The notes beneath the pieces are model-generated. The model searched no databases, was not told where the DNA came from, and saw only the letters and a program-made list of their open reading frames with translations. A stretch of DNA of 64,000 nt from NCBI GenBank assembly GCA_963702005.1, contig OY969696.1:3520001-3584000 (forward strand), in the 5' to 3' direction. The stretch's first letter is position 1; the number at the start of each line of letters is the position of its first letter. This document shows, in pieces, positions 17,973 to 28,347 of this stretch. Source of the DNA: Candidatus Aminicenantes bacterium. Its GTDB lineage: Bacteria > Acidobacteriota > Aminicenantia > Aminicenantales > JAFGBC01. A program made the position numbers and the translations under genes.

Positions 17973-19508
17973 ATGAAAAGAGCGAATCCATTCTTATACA
18001 GGGTTCTTTCCGGAACCGTCGCGGCCTTTATCTTCCTCGGCGCGGCGGCAGGAGCAACGGCGTCCTTCGCGGACCAAGCCGTGCCGCAGCCCCAAGCCAT
18101 CAAGGTCGGCCTGTTCGGGATCGGCCTCGACACCTACTGGGGGCAGTTCGCGGGGCTCAAGGATAGGCTGGAGGGCTATCAGAGACTCATTCAAGATAAG
18201 CTCGCCGCGGCCGGTGCCGAAGTCGTCTCGGCCGGTTTGGTCGATTCCGTCGACAAGGCGCGGGAGGCCGCCGCCCTGTTCAAGACGCGCGGCGTCCGGA
18301 TCCTTTTCCTCTACGTCTCGACCTATGCCCTGTCCTCGACGGTCCTTCCCGTCGTCCAGGAGACGGGCCTTCCGGTCGTCGTCCTCAACCTCCAGCCCGC
18401 TAATGCCATCGACTACGCCCGGTTCAATGCCCTGGGAGACCGAGGGAAGATGACGGGCGAATGGCTGGCCTTCTGCCAGGCCTGCTCGATCCCGGAGATC
18501 GCCTGCGTCTTCAATCGGGCCGCCGTCCCCTTCCGGCAGGTCACCGGAACCTTAGACGATCCCCAAGCCTGGACCGAGATCCGCGACTGGGTCGAAGCCG
18601 CTGGCACGGCCGAAGTCCTGGCCGGATTGCGGCTCGGGATCCTCGGCCACTACTACAACGGGATGCTCGACGTCTATACCGACCCGACCCAGGTATCCGC
18701 CTCGTTCGGCGCGACGATCGAGCACCTGGAAATCGGCGACCTGAAGGTCCGACGCGACAAGGCGACCAAGGCCGAGGTCGAGGCGAAGATCGGCGAGATC
18801 CGGACCGCCTTCGACGTCCTTCCCGAATGCGCCCCGGCCGAAGTCGAGCGGGCGGCCCGGACGGCCTGCGCCCTGGATCGCCTGGTTGCCGATAAGCGCC
18901 TCGGCGCCCTGGCCTACTATTACGAGGGAACGCCCGGGAGCGAAGAAGAGGACCTCGTGACCTCGGTCATCGCCGGCAACTCGCTCTTGACCGCCCGCCA
19001 CGTCCCCGTCGCGGGCGAGTGCGAGGTCAAGAACGCCGTGGCCATGAAGATCATGGACACTTTTGGCGCGGGCGGCTCCTTCAGCGAATTCTACGCCATG
19101 GACTTCGACCAGGACGTCATCCTGATGGGCCACGACGGGCCCGGCCACATCGCCATCGCCCAGGGCAAGCCCCTCCTCAAGCCCCTGGGCGTCTTCCACG
19201 GGAAGCCCGGGAAAGGGCTGTCGGTCGAGATGAAGGTCAAGACCGGGCCGGTCACGCTCCTGGCCGTGGTTCCCACCCGGGACGGCCGGTTCAAGCTCTT
19301 GGCGGCCGAGGGAGAGTCCGTCCCCGGCCCCATCCTCGAGATCGGCAACACCAACAGCCGTTATAAGTTCCCGCTCGGCGTCAAGGGCTTCATCGAGGCC
19401 TGGAGCCGTCAGGGACCGGCCCACCACTGCGCGATCGGGATCGGGCACATCGCGGCGAAGCTCGAGAAGCTGGCCTCGCTTCTAGGGCTGGAGTTCAGCC
19501 GGGTTTGA
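17973..19508 (+). CDS. L-fucose/L-arabinose isomerase family protein with signal-peptide-like N-terminus
   Basis: KVGLFGIGLDTYW, GECEVKN, SFSEFYAMD, GHDGPGH, GPAHHCA. Confidence 0.8.
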   Translation: MKRANPFLYRVLSGTVAAFIFLGAAAGATASFADQAVPQPQAIKVGLFGIGLDTYWGQFAGLKDRLEGYQRLIQDKLAAAGAEVVSAGLVDSVDKAREAAALFKTRGVRILFLYVSTYALSSTVLPVVQETGLPVVVLNLQPANAIDYARFNALGDRGKMTGEWLAFCQACSIPEIACVFNRAAVPFRQVTGTLDDPQAWTEIRDWVEAAGTAEVLAGLRLGILGHYYNGMLDVYTDPTQVSASFGATIEHLEIGDLKVRRDKATKAEVEAKIGEIRTAFDVLPECAPAEVERAARTACALDRLVADKRLGALAYYYEGTPGSEEEDLVTSVIAGNSLLTARHVPVAGECEVKNAVAMKIMDTFGAGGSFSEFYAMDFDQDVILMGHDGPGHIAIAQGKPLLKPLGVFHGKPGKGLSVEMKVKTGPVTLLAVVPTRDGRFKLLAAEGESVPGPILEIGNTNSRYKFPLGVKGFIEAWSRQGPAHHCAIGIGHIAAKLEKLASLLGLEFSRV

Positions 19509-19525
19509 GCGCCCGGCCGGGGCCG

Positions 19526-20122
19526 TCAAAGAAGCGCCAGGCCGAAGGGCATTGCGATCGCGAAGTCCGTCCTAGCCTTGAACTCCTCGATCCGCCGGAC
19601 GGATGTCTCACCCTGGACATGAACCCTGGCGTGGAGCTCATCGTAATCCCGGAATGCATGCAGGGCCGTGGCCGAGGCGAAGCGGCGCTGATGGAAGTGC
19701 TGGACGGCCTGCCAGGATGCGCGGACCTTGTCTTCCTCGGAGCAGAGGAAGCTCCAAAACGAGCTGGGCAGGTGGTCGATGACGACGACGTCCGGGGCCA
19801 GCGTCTTGGCCCGGGCCAGGGCGGCCGCGGGGTCCGTCATCTCGTGCAGCGCGAACCCGAAAAGGACGACGTCGCCCGTCCGCTCGAACCGCATGAAATC
19901 GCCCACGATCGTCTCGAACCTGTCCTCCAGCCCGAGAGCTTTAAGCCGCGCGGTCAAGGCGGAGATCGCCGCCGGATCGCTATCCACGGCCAGGACGCGT
20001 TCGGCCGCCCGTCCGTACTCGGCCATCTGGCCGCCTCCGGCGCCGACGTCGATGACGGTCTTTCCGGAGAAATCGTAGAACGTCAGCAGATTCCGGATGA
20101 TCAGGCCGAAGTCCGTGGCCAT
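19526..20122 (-). CDS. Class I SAM-dependent methyltransferase
   Basis: VIDVGAGGG motif I; ALHEM. Confidence 0.8.
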   Translation of the reverse strand: MATDFGLIIRNLLTFYDFSGKTVIDVGAGGGQMAEYGRAAERVLAVDSDPAAISALTARLKALGLEDRFETIVGDFMRFERTGDVVLFGFALHEMTDPAAALARAKTLAPDVVVIDHLPSSFWSFLCSEEDKVRASWQAVQHFHQRRFASATALHAFRDYDELHARVHVQGETSVRRIEEFKARTDFAIAMPFGLALL

Positions 20123-20138
20123 GGGCTGGGGCCGTCCG

Positions 20139-21506
20139 TCAAGCTGGAGCGATGATGCCCAGGGGAGGGTTGATCTTCCACTTGCCCCGCGTGAAGTCGG
20201 GGAAGTCCTGCGGCTTGCCGCGGCCGGCGACCGAGCGGCAGCTCAGCCCGACGACGGCGCTCCATGCCGCCGCGTCATAGACATCGAGGTCGAGCGGCTC
20301 TCCCTTGCGCAGGCATTCGACGAGCCGGTAGTCCTCGATATAGTCCATGCCGCCGTGGCCGCGCCCCTCGCCCTTGGCGGCGATCGCCTTCCAGAGGGGA
20401 TGCTCCCAGTCGGCGGCGAATTTCTCGAAATCGTCCCATTCGTGGGGTTTGTCCGCCTTCCCCTCGATATAGATCCGGTCCGGCCATTTCATGGCGATCC
20501 CCTTCGTCCCCTGGACCAGGTTGATCCGCGTATAGGGCCTCGGCAGGTTCGTGTCGTGGATGAGGATGACTGTCTTCCCCAGCTTCGTTTTGATCAGGCT
20601 GGTGTTGACGTCGCCCAGGACGAAACGCTCCCGGGCCTGGGGGGAATCGGCCCCGAAGGTCGCGACCGCGTACTCGTGGAGGCCGCGCATCGGGCTGCTC
20701 AGGCTCGTCAGGATATCGAACTGGTCGCCCCGGTTGATGTTCAGGCATTGGGCGACCGGACCCAGCCCATGCGTCGGATAGAGGTTCCCGTTGAGCTTCA
20801 TCGACCAGGCCCGGCGCCAGAGCCCCTCCCCTTCCTGGGAGAATTTGACCCCGCGCAGGTCGTGAAGATACCCGGCCTCGGCGTGGAGGACCTCGCCCAG
20901 GGCTCCGTTCCGGACCAGGTTCAGGGTCATGAGCTCGATTCGGTCGTAGCAGCAGTTCTCCATCATGAGACAGTGCCGGCCCGTCCTCTCGGCCGTCTCG
21001 ACGAGCTCCCAACAGTCGTCGACGGACATCGCGGCCGGGACTTCGGTCGCGGCGTGCTTGCCGTTCCTCATGGCCGCAAGCAGAACCGGGACGTGCCATT
21101 CCCAGGGCGTCGCTGTGAAGACGAGGTCGATGTCCTCGGTCTCGCACATCCGCTTGAAGTCCCAGGGCCCACCGGAATAGCCGGCCGGCTTGGGCTGGCC
21201 CGCCTCCTCGACCCATTTTTGGGCGCGGGCGACCTTGGCCTCGACGATGTCGCAGATGGCCTTGACCCGGACGCCGTCGATCGTCAGGAAGTTCTGGACA
21301 TGGACCGAGCCCATCCCGCCGACGCCGACAAACCCGACTCGGACCGGGTCGACCGGCGGGACCTTGAACCGGCTTCGCGACTCGCCGCCGGCCGTCGGCC
21401 CGGCCGTCCCGGCGAGTTTCAGCCCGGCCAGGGCCGTTCCGATCCCGGCCGCCGTCCCGATCTTGAGGAATTCCCTCCGGCCCGGATTCTTGGGATCATC
21501 ACTCAT
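20139..21506 (-). CDS. Tat-exported Gfo/Idh/MocA protein, GH109 (alpha-N-acetylgalactosaminidase-like)
   Basis: GRREFLK Tat motif; ATPWEWH, MMENCCY, GNLYPTHGLGP, GHGGMD. Confidence 0.88.
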   Translation of the reverse strand: MSDDPKNPGRREFLKIGTAAGIGTALAGLKLAGTAGPTAGGESRSRFKVPPVDPVRVGFVGVGGMGSVHVQNFLTIDGVRVKAICDIVEAKVARAQKWVEEAGQPKPAGYSGGPWDFKRMCETEDIDLVFTATPWEWHVPVLLAAMRNGKHAATEVPAAMSVDDCWELVETAERTGRHCLMMENCCYDRIELMTLNLVRNGALGEVLHAEAGYLHDLRGVKFSQEGEGLWRRAWSMKLNGNLYPTHGLGPVAQCLNINRGDQFDILTSLSSPMRGLHEYAVATFGADSPQARERFVLGDVNTSLIKTKLGKTVILIHDTNLPRPYTRINLVQGTKGIAMKWPDRIYIEGKADKPHEWDDFEKFAADWEHPLWKAIAAKGEGRGHGGMDYIEDYRLVECLRKGEPLDLDVYDAAAWSAVVGLSCRSVAGRGKPQDFPDFTRGKWKINPPLGIIAPA

Positions 21507-22134
21507 GGCTCCTCCTTCTCGGCTCGCCGACTCTGACGGCGATAGCGGTCGCGAACGAATAGGACACTCCGATCTGCAGGCTCGTCCCGCCCAGGTTGAC
21601 GATCTTGCCCAGTGGGGACGTGGCGTTCGTCGACAGGGTCATGTAGCGGACCCGCGCCAGCGCCGCGAACCTCGATGAGAATGGGACCTCGACGGTCAAC
21701 AGGGCCAGGGTGCCGACGCGCCGGGATGAGGAGCTCAGGTTTTCCAGGCCCGCCGCCTCCCATGTCTCCCGGTAGGAATTAAGGCTAAAGCCGAGTCCGG
21801 CCGCATAACGTATCCAACCCCGGTCGTATCCATAGCTGATCGTGACCGGGACGGTCCACATCCGGAAGCGGAGGGGAAGCGTCTCATCTCCGCTGCCGAG
21901 GGTTCGGCCGCTTTTATCGATGTATTCGATCCCGAGGCTGAAACCCAGGCCGGATGTCTTCGTCCAGCTTACGGCGAAGGCCAGCGGTATCGGCGCCCCA
22001 TAGATATCCCTGAATTCCTTCATGCTGGGGAGGAAGAGCCCCGAGGCCAAGGATACGCCGACGCGGTCCGCCCGCGCCGGAAGAGCGGGGATCAGAAGCA
22101 GGGCGAGACCGAGGGCTAGAAATGGGCTTCTCAC
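21499..22134 (-). CDS. Outer-membrane beta-barrel protein
   Basis: Signal peptide, alternating amphipathic strands, QIGVSYSF near the C-terminus. Confidence 0.65.
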   Translation of the reverse strand: MRSPFLALGLALLLIPALPARADRVGVSLASGLFLPSMKEFRDIYGAPIPLAFAVSWTKTSGLGFSLGIEYIDKSGRTLGSGDETLPLRFRMWTVPVTISYGYDRGWIRYAAGLGFSLNSYRETWEAAGLENLSSSSRRVGTLALLTVEVPFSSRFAALARVRYMTLSTNATSPLGKIVNLGGTSLQIGVSYSFATAIAVRVGEPRRRSHE

Positions 22135-23813
22135 GGCCGGCCTCCGTTGCGGATGAGTGCGAAGCGGGGGACGCCCGAACCGTTCCCGAGGCCGCTCTCG
22201 GGCTTGACCTCGAACTCGCGCGAAGGATTGCTCTCCCGTCCATCGGCCCCGACGGCCGTGACGACGTAGTAGTAATAGGCTTCCGTGCCCAGGTAGGCGT
22301 CCATATAGGTCGTGGCCGCGATCGGAGAGCCGGTGATCTTCACATAGTCCAGGTGAGAACGGCCGCTCCGATAGACGTTATAGCCCGCCGCGCCCGCCAC
22401 GGCGTTCCAGCTCAGGTTAACCTTCTTGGCCGCCTTGAACAGCGAATAGAAGACCACGGTCCGGCCGGCGAATCCGGCCGGCGTCGCCGGAACGCCGGCC
22501 CGGACCGGCTGGGCCAGCTCGGACAGGACCGCCAGAGCCGCCCGCGTCGTCTGGGTAAAGAAGTCGAAATCGAGCGTGTCAATCGTGTCCGTGACGCTGT
22601 GGTAGTAGGGATTGTCGCCGGCCTCGATCTCGAGGAGCGCCGGATAGCCCGCGTCCCAGAACGAGGCGTGATCCGAATAGACGAAGGAGGCGTTGACTGT
22701 CTTGCGCGGAACGAGAGTCGTGTAGGCCGACGTCGCCCGGACCGCTTTGTCGCCGAGCCAGGACGACGCCTCATTGACGATGATATCGACCAGCGTGTCG
22801 GGTTTCTTGACATAGGCGATCATGTCGAGGTTGACGACCCCGACGATCCGCTCGTTTCGGCCGCGGGCCCGGGCGGCGTAGGCTGCGCTTCCATAAAGGC
22901 CCCACTCCTCGGCCGAAAAGGCGATGAAGCGGACCGTGAAGTCCAGAGGGTGGCGGGCTAGAATGCGGGCGGCCTCGACGGCGGCGGCCGTGCCGCTGGC
23001 GTTGTCGTCGGCGCCGGGCGCCGAGGTCTCCGGCGAAGTCTGAGAGTAAGAGTCGTAGTGGCCGCCGATGATCAGGATATCGTCGGGGTAGCTGACGCCC
23101 CGGACCTCGGCTATGATGTTCCGGGACGAATAGCTGCTCTGGAAGTTGAAGGCTTGGTATTCCGTCGGAAGGCCGAAGCCGTGGAGCTTTCCATAAAGAT
23201 AGGTCCCGGCCGTTTCGCAGGCGGCCGTCGAGGCGTAGCGGGTCTTGAAATCCTGGAGGCTCTGAACCGCGGCCCGGAGGTTCTGGGGGGAGACCTCGTC
23301 AAGGATGCCCTCGATGACCGGATCCCGCTCGGCCGCCGGGACGAGTCCGGACGGGCCTACGGCAGGCGGCCTAAGATAGGGCAGGACGGACCAGCCCGGA
23401 AGCGATTTGCGGGAGAGTCCGCGGGGCAGGGCCGGGGCCGAAGGGCCCGTGACGGTCCAGAACAGGATGAGATCGCTTTCCAGGACGGCCACCCGCCCCC
23501 GCCGCTCGAGAAGGGCGCGCGCGGCCGGGCCGGGATCCCTGACGAGGAGATAGTCCTTATTCCCGATGTTCCAATCGAGGACGGCGAAGGAAATTCCCTG
23601 CCCGCGCAGGGCCCGGATTTCGTCCCCGGTCGCACGGGCCACGAAGCAGGTCCGGAGCTCCTGGGCGATGTCGAGCTGGAGACGTTCGATGAGCGCCCAA
23701 GCCGCCGGGCCGGTTTTGTCGATCTTGACCAGGTGCCGAGGCCGCGGGACCGAGACGAGAAGGATGACGGCGGACACCAGAAGCGCCGCCCCCCGGAACG
23801 TTGCGCTTTTCAT
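22131..23813 (-). CDS. Secreted M28 family metallopeptidase with C-terminal FN3 domain
   Basis: GGHYDS, PGADDNASG, AEEWGLYGS, NLDMI, SDHASF; LSWNAV..GYNVYRS. Confidence 0.9.
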   Translation of the reverse strand: MKSATFRGAALLVSAVILLVSVPRPRHLVKIDKTGPAAWALIERLQLDIAQELRTCFVARATGDEIRALRGQGISFAVLDWNIGNKDYLLVRDPGPAARALLERRGRVAVLESDLILFWTVTGPSAPALPRGLSRKSLPGWSVLPYLRPPAVGPSGLVPAAERDPVIEGILDEVSPQNLRAAVQSLQDFKTRYASTAACETAGTYLYGKLHGFGLPTEYQAFNFQSSYSSRNIIAEVRGVSYPDDILIIGGHYDSYSQTSPETSAPGADDNASGTAAAVEAARILARHPLDFTVRFIAFSAEEWGLYGSAAYAARARGRNERIVGVVNLDMIAYVKKPDTLVDIIVNEASSWLGDKAVRATSAYTTLVPRKTVNASFVYSDHASFWDAGYPALLEIEAGDNPYYHSVTDTIDTLDFDFFTQTTRAALAVLSELAQPVRAGVPATPAGFAGRTVVFYSLFKAAKKVNLSWNAVAGAAGYNVYRSGRSHLDYVKITGSPIAATTYMDAYLGTEAYYYYVVTAVGADGRESNPSREFEVKPESGLGNGSGVPRFALIRNGGRP

Positions 23814-23942
23814 ACCGGTTATTTAATCAGAACTCCCGGGACGATTCAAGCCGGAGTCCCGCGAAGAGGATTGACGGGCCTTCTTCTCGGACGTATGATT
23901 CCGGACGGAGCGGCTTCCTTAACAAACATGTCGGAATCCCCG

Positions 23943-24902
23943 ATGAGAAAAAGGCCGGCCGTCACCTTCCTTATGAGAAGGGCCGGACGGATTGTCTCCG
24001 GCATCCTCGTTGTCCTGTCGGCCGGGGTCGGATGGTGCGGACAGGCCGTGCGCCCCGTTCCCGATTTTTCCCATGTCTTCGTGATCGCCGCTGAAAACAA
24101 GGAATTCGAGGAGGTTATCGGGAATACGATCATGCCCAACTTCAACGGCTGGGCCAAACAGTACGCCCTGCTGACTCGCTACTTCGCCGTCACCCACCCC
24201 AGCCTGCCGAATTACCTCGCCCTGGTCAGCGGCGATTTCTTCGGCATCCAAAGCGATTGCACGGATTGTTATATCCAGGCCCAATGCCTTCCCGACCTGC
24301 TGGAGGCCGGCGGCCGTTCCTGGAAAACCTACCAGGAAGGGCTCCCCAAACCGGGCTTCACGGGACCGCGCTCGGGCCGGTATGCCCAAAAACACAATCC
24401 CTTCGTCTATTTCGACGCCGTCCGGCTCGATTCGGACCGTTGCCGGCGCAGTGTCGTGCCGCTGGACCGGCTGGCCGCCGACCTGGCTCAGGGCCGGCTT
24501 CCCGATTATTCTTTCATCATGCCCGACCTGTGCAACTCCGCCCACGACTGCGGGCTTGAGGTTACGGACGCCTGGCTGGGGCGCGTCGTGAATTCCATCC
24601 TAAATTCGCCGGGCTTTGACCGGACCAGTCTGATCGTGCTGACGTTCGACGAAGGGACGACCGACCGGAGCTGCTGCGGCTCCCCTCCCCTGGCTTCGGG
24701 CGGAAGGATCGCAACCGTCCTCATCTCGCCCCTAGTCAAACCGGGCTTCCAAGACGAGACGCCCTATTCGCACTATTCCCTCCTCAAGACGATCGCGGCG
24801 GCCTGGGGTCTGAAGGAATTAGGACATACGGCTGATCCCTCCGTCAACCTGATTTCGCTTCCTTTTCAAGCCCTCGCATCGAGCCCTCAGCGGGGAAAGT
24901 AG
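23943..24902 (+). CDS. Secreted phosphoesterase (acid phosphatase/phospholipase C family)
   Basis: HVFVIAAEN, HPSLPNYLAL, KHNPF, LTFDEG, YSHYSLLKTI; the upstream part of the track ORF is antisense shadow. Confidence 0.85.
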   Translation: MRKRPAVTFLMRRAGRIVSGILVVLSAGVGWCGQAVRPVPDFSHVFVIAAENKEFEEVIGNTIMPNFNGWAKQYALLTRYFAVTHPSLPNYLALVSGDFFGIQSDCTDCYIQAQCLPDLLEAGGRSWKTYQEGLPKPGFTGPRSGRYAQKHNPFVYFDAVRLDSDRCRRSVVPLDRLAADLAQGRLPDYSFIMPDLCNSAHDCGLEVTDAWLGRVVNSILNSPGFDRTSLIVLTFDEGTTDRSCCGSPPLASGGRIATVLISPLVKPGFQDETPYSHYSLLKTIAAAWGLKELGHTADPSVNLISLPFQALASSPQRGK

Positions 24903-24939
24903 ACAAACGTCCTCCTCTTTCCCGGAGGCGGGGGGAGAG

Positions 24940-24972
24940 GGGGGCGCCCCCGCTCATAGCGGGAGCGCCCCC
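24940..24972. terminator. GC-rich hairpin between convergent genes
   Basis: GGGGCGCCCCCGCT-CAT-AGCGGGAGCGCCCC; no clear U-tract. Confidence 0.45.
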
Positions 24973-25042
24973 CAAGAGGCTCCGCACGAACCTGTCGTGC
25001 CACCCCGAGACGGCGCAGGCTCGGGCGGCCCGGGTTTGGGGA

Positions 25043-28000
25043 TCAGAAGGTAAAGCGCGCCGATAGCTTGAAGGTTCTGAGGCCGGATACGCTGGTTATC
25101 TTTTTGTAATAATAGTCAGTCTCGGCATATCCGAGGGAGGTATCCTGGGGATGCGCGGCATCCGGATACCAGACGCCCCACGGATTCAAGCCGGTGCGGA
25201 CGTACTTGTTGCCGAGCAGGTTGAAGACATCGGCGAAGACGGAGAAGGCCCCGAACTTGAACTTGAACTCCTTCTCAAACCGCAAGTCGGCGTTGTCCCA
25301 GGAGGCCTGGCGGTGCGCGCCGTTGGGATCCAGCATGACGCCGATCCAGTTCCACCAGGATACGCAATTGTGCTCGGAGAGCCACGCGTCCGGAACGTAG
25401 ATGGTGACGTCGAAGGCCTTATCCCAGAAATTGCCGCCGTAATTCAACGGGCCGCCCTCAAGGTGGCGGTAAATGAAGGAGCCGACGAACCCGAGGGGCA
25501 TCTTGAACGAACCGTAGAGCTTGATGGCCAGTGGAACGTCATTGATGTCGGCGCCCCAGCCGTTGATGGCGTAGTTCGGATCGTAGGGGGTGATGCTCTT
25601 CGAATTCGCGTAGGTGATGGAGCCGCCCAGAGCCCAACCATTGGCGTAGCGTTTGTCGAAGGTCAGCTCGAGGCCGTTGTAGCGGCGCTTGGAATAGGGG
25701 TTACTGGCTTGCCGATAGACCATGTTATTCCACATGGGACCATCCTTGGGCAGGTAGATGGTGACCGTCTTTTCCGGCCAGCCGCCTTTCGCGGGCACGG
25801 TGGTAGTGAAAGGCACCCAGAAGCCGGCGGGAGCGTCCTGCAATGAGCCATAGTACGTTTTGGTTAGCGGGTTGTAATACGTATCCCAATGGTCCCTGCG
25901 GCCCAGCTTGTTGACATACTGCAGCTTGACCGAGAAGTTCGTGGCCAGCTCGTGGGAGAGGGAGACGATGAGCTCATTGTTCCACGGGGCCTTCAGTTGG
26001 TATTGCTCGCCCTTGCCGGCGACATTCCAGCGCAGGGCCTCTACATCGTTGCGGACGAATTGCCACGTGTTTTGCGGGGCATAGGTGTCGATGCCCGGGT
26101 CGTCGCAGACGCCGTTGCCATTATTGTCCCACCAGTAGAAGCCGTAGTTCCCCTGGATGTTGGCCTGCGCATAGCAGAACCACATGACCGGCATGGCTTC
26201 GTAGTAGCGGCCCCAGGAGGCCTTGATCGCGGTTTTACCGTTGCCGAAGAGGTCATAGCTGACGCCGATGCGCGGGGAGAGGGTCTGGTTTTGAAAAGTT
26301 TTGGCGATGGGGTCCACCGTGAGCGCCGCGTAGGGATTCCAGCCGATGGTCCCGGCTACGACTTCGCCCACCTTGTAGGCCAGGCCGTTGGAGTCGGTGC
26401 CGGTGGACTTGCCGCCTCCGAAGCCGCCCCAGTAATAGTCATAACGGAGACCGAAGTTGATGGTCAGGCGGTTTTTAATGGTGAAGGAGTCTTGCAGGTA
26501 GGCGCCCAAGCGGTTGCCGGGCAGGTCCTTGGTGGAGTCGCCCTCTTTGGGGCCCTCGACGCCCAGGTAGATGCTGCCGTCACCGAAGGTGTCGCGGGGC
26601 CTGCCCTGGGCGGCATTAGTATAGGGATTGCCCTTGTAGTAGTGCATGGTCAGCGGGTTGCCGCGCGCGACGGTGAGGCGGTCGAATGAGTAGATGTATT
26701 CGACGCCAGCGCCGATTTCGTGGTTGCCGCCCAGCACGTCGTCCATGAAGTGGGTCAGGCGGGCGCTTACGGTTTCGGTCCGGCGGATCGTGTATTGCTC
26801 TTCGGCATCGTGGTTGCCCCAGACGTAGCCGGTGTAATCGTCAACTTTGGCGATATTGGCCCGCGCTTCCGGCTGGGAGGTGAGCGCCCAGTCGAGGTTG
26901 TTGTAGCCGCCGCGGAAGGCGACGATGGTGTTAGGACCGAACATCCAGTTCAGTTCGGCGGTCACCGCCTCTCTCTTCGAGTTGGAATCGACGGTGGAAT
27001 CCCAGACTTGATAATAGCTCGGAGAATAGAGGTTATGGGTGAAGTTGCCGTTGAACATTACGAAGAGGCGCATGTCCTTGCTGAGCTGGGTGGTCAGTTT
27101 GAGGAAGGGGGACCAGGTCTTGGTGGGATTGGTGAAGACACCGTAAGTTTTGCTTTCCAGGGTGACCGGGACGTTGTTCAGCGTATACTCGTTCTGGAGA
27201 TAGTCTATCGTACCGAAGAACCAGAGCTTGTCCTTGAAGATCGGGCCGCCGAGAGAGGCCGAAGCATCCGTGTCGTACTTGGCAAAGGCCGGCTTGGATC
27301 TCCCCATGGAAGTAAGCTCTTCGTCGGTGAAGAGCATCTGGTTGAGGCCCTTGGCGGTGTAATAGGTCTGGGCTTGGCCGTGAAAGGAGTTGCCGCCCGA
27401 TTTGGTGACGACGGAAATGAACGAGCCGCCCGAGGCGCCGACCTGGGCCGGCAGACCGCCGGTGGCGATCTCGATCTCCTCCACGCTATCATACTGCGGG
27501 GCGATCTGCATGCCGCCGGTGGTGGGGCTCTCGCCGTTGACGCCGTCGATCTCGTAGGCGGTGGAGCCGGAGTTGGCGCCGTGGATGCTGCCGGAGTAGG
27601 CGGCAATGGTACCCGCGCTGCCGGCGGTGATGTTGAAGAGACCGTTGATGTTGCGGTTGAGGGGCAAGTTCTGCAGCAATTCAGTGGTTATGACGTTGGT
27701 TATCTTGTTCGACTCCACGTCAACCACCGGGGCTGCCGCAATCACCGTTACTTCTTCGGCCAAGGTGCTGGTCTCAGTTTGCAGGTTAACGGTGTAAATC
27801 TGGCCGACCTGGACGACAATTCCGGGCTCCTTGACGGTTTTAAAGCCTTGAAGGCTTGCCGTGAGCGTGTATGTTCCCGGAGGCAAATTGACAAGCCTGT
27901 AGGCGCCATTGACATCCGAGATGGACGCGACCGAGCCCATCAGGGCCGGACTTTCGGCAGTTATGGTCATGCCGGGGATTGGAGCACCAGTGTTGTCGAT

Positions 28001-28105
28001 GACGACACCCTTGATGACGCCGGTCTGCCGGGCGACCTGGGCTCCAAGAAACGGCACGAGTACGAGGCCGGCCAAGACAAAAATCAGGAACCGATGCGTT
28101 TTCAA
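25043..28105 (-). CDS. TonB-dependent receptor, Oar-like, with N-terminal carboxypeptidase-regulatory-like domain
   Basis: TTG start with AGGAGG SD; LPPGTYTLTASLQGF, VVTKSGGNSFHG, GGPIFKDKLWFF, terminal ARFTF. Confidence 0.92.
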   Translation of the reverse strand: MKTHRFLIFVLAGLVLVPFLGAQVARQTGVIKGVVIDNTGAPIPGMTITAESPALMGSVASISDVNGAYRLVNLPPGTYTLTASLQGFKTVKEPGIVVQVGQIYTVNLQTETSTLAEEVTVIAAAPVVDVESNKITNVITTELLQNLPLNRNINGLFNITAGSAGTIAAYSGSIHGANSGSTAYEIDGVNGESPTTGGMQIAPQYDSVEEIEIATGGLPAQVGASGGSFISVVTKSGGNSFHGQAQTYYTAKGLNQMLFTDEELTSMGRSKPAFAKYDTDASASLGGPIFKDKLWFFGTIDYLQNEYTLNNVPVTLESKTYGVFTNPTKTWSPFLKLTTQLSKDMRLFVMFNGNFTHNLYSPSYYQVWDSTVDSNSKREAVTAELNWMFGPNTIVAFRGGYNNLDWALTSQPEARANIAKVDDYTGYVWGNHDAEEQYTIRRTETVSARLTHFMDDVLGGNHEIGAGVEYIYSFDRLTVARGNPLTMHYYKGNPYTNAAQGRPRDTFGDGSIYLGVEGPKEGDSTKDLPGNRLGAYLQDSFTIKNRLTINFGLRYDYYWGGFGGGKSTGTDSNGLAYKVGEVVAGTIGWNPYAALTVDPIAKTFQNQTLSPRIGVSYDLFGNGKTAIKASWGRYYEAMPVMWFCYAQANIQGNYGFYWWDNNGNGVCDDPGIDTYAPQNTWQFVRNDVEALRWNVAGKGEQYQLKAPWNNELIVSLSHELATNFSVKLQYVNKLGRRDHWDTYYNPLTKTYYGSLQDAPAGFWVPFTTTVPAKGGWPEKTVTIYLPKDGPMWNNMVYRQASNPYSKRRYNGLELTFDKRYANGWALGGSITYANSKSITPYDPNYAINGWGADINDVPLAIKLYGSFKMPLGFVGSFIYRHLEGGPLNYGGNFWDKAFDVTIYVPDAWLSEHNCVSWWNWIGVMLDPNGAHRQASWDNADLRFEKEFKFKFGAFSVFADVFNLLGNKYVRTGLNPWGVWYPDAAHPQDTSLGYAETDYYYKKITSVSGLRTFKLSARFTF

Positions 28106-28347
28106 TGTTTCCTCCTTTTCATGCCGATATTTGGCTCCTTTCCTTTGCCGTCAGCCGAAGCGACAGGATTCAAGCTTTTCCATTCTCACCTCCTTGAAGG
28201 GTTTTTCCTGGCGGTGGATGAAGAGTTTCCGCCCGGCGGAGATTCGGAACGGCCGGGGATTTGTTGTTGTAAGCGTGGAAAGGGTCTGCTATAATCTTAA
28301 AGACGAGAATTTTATTGATTTCTCGTGCATTAAACATGGTTGATGCC

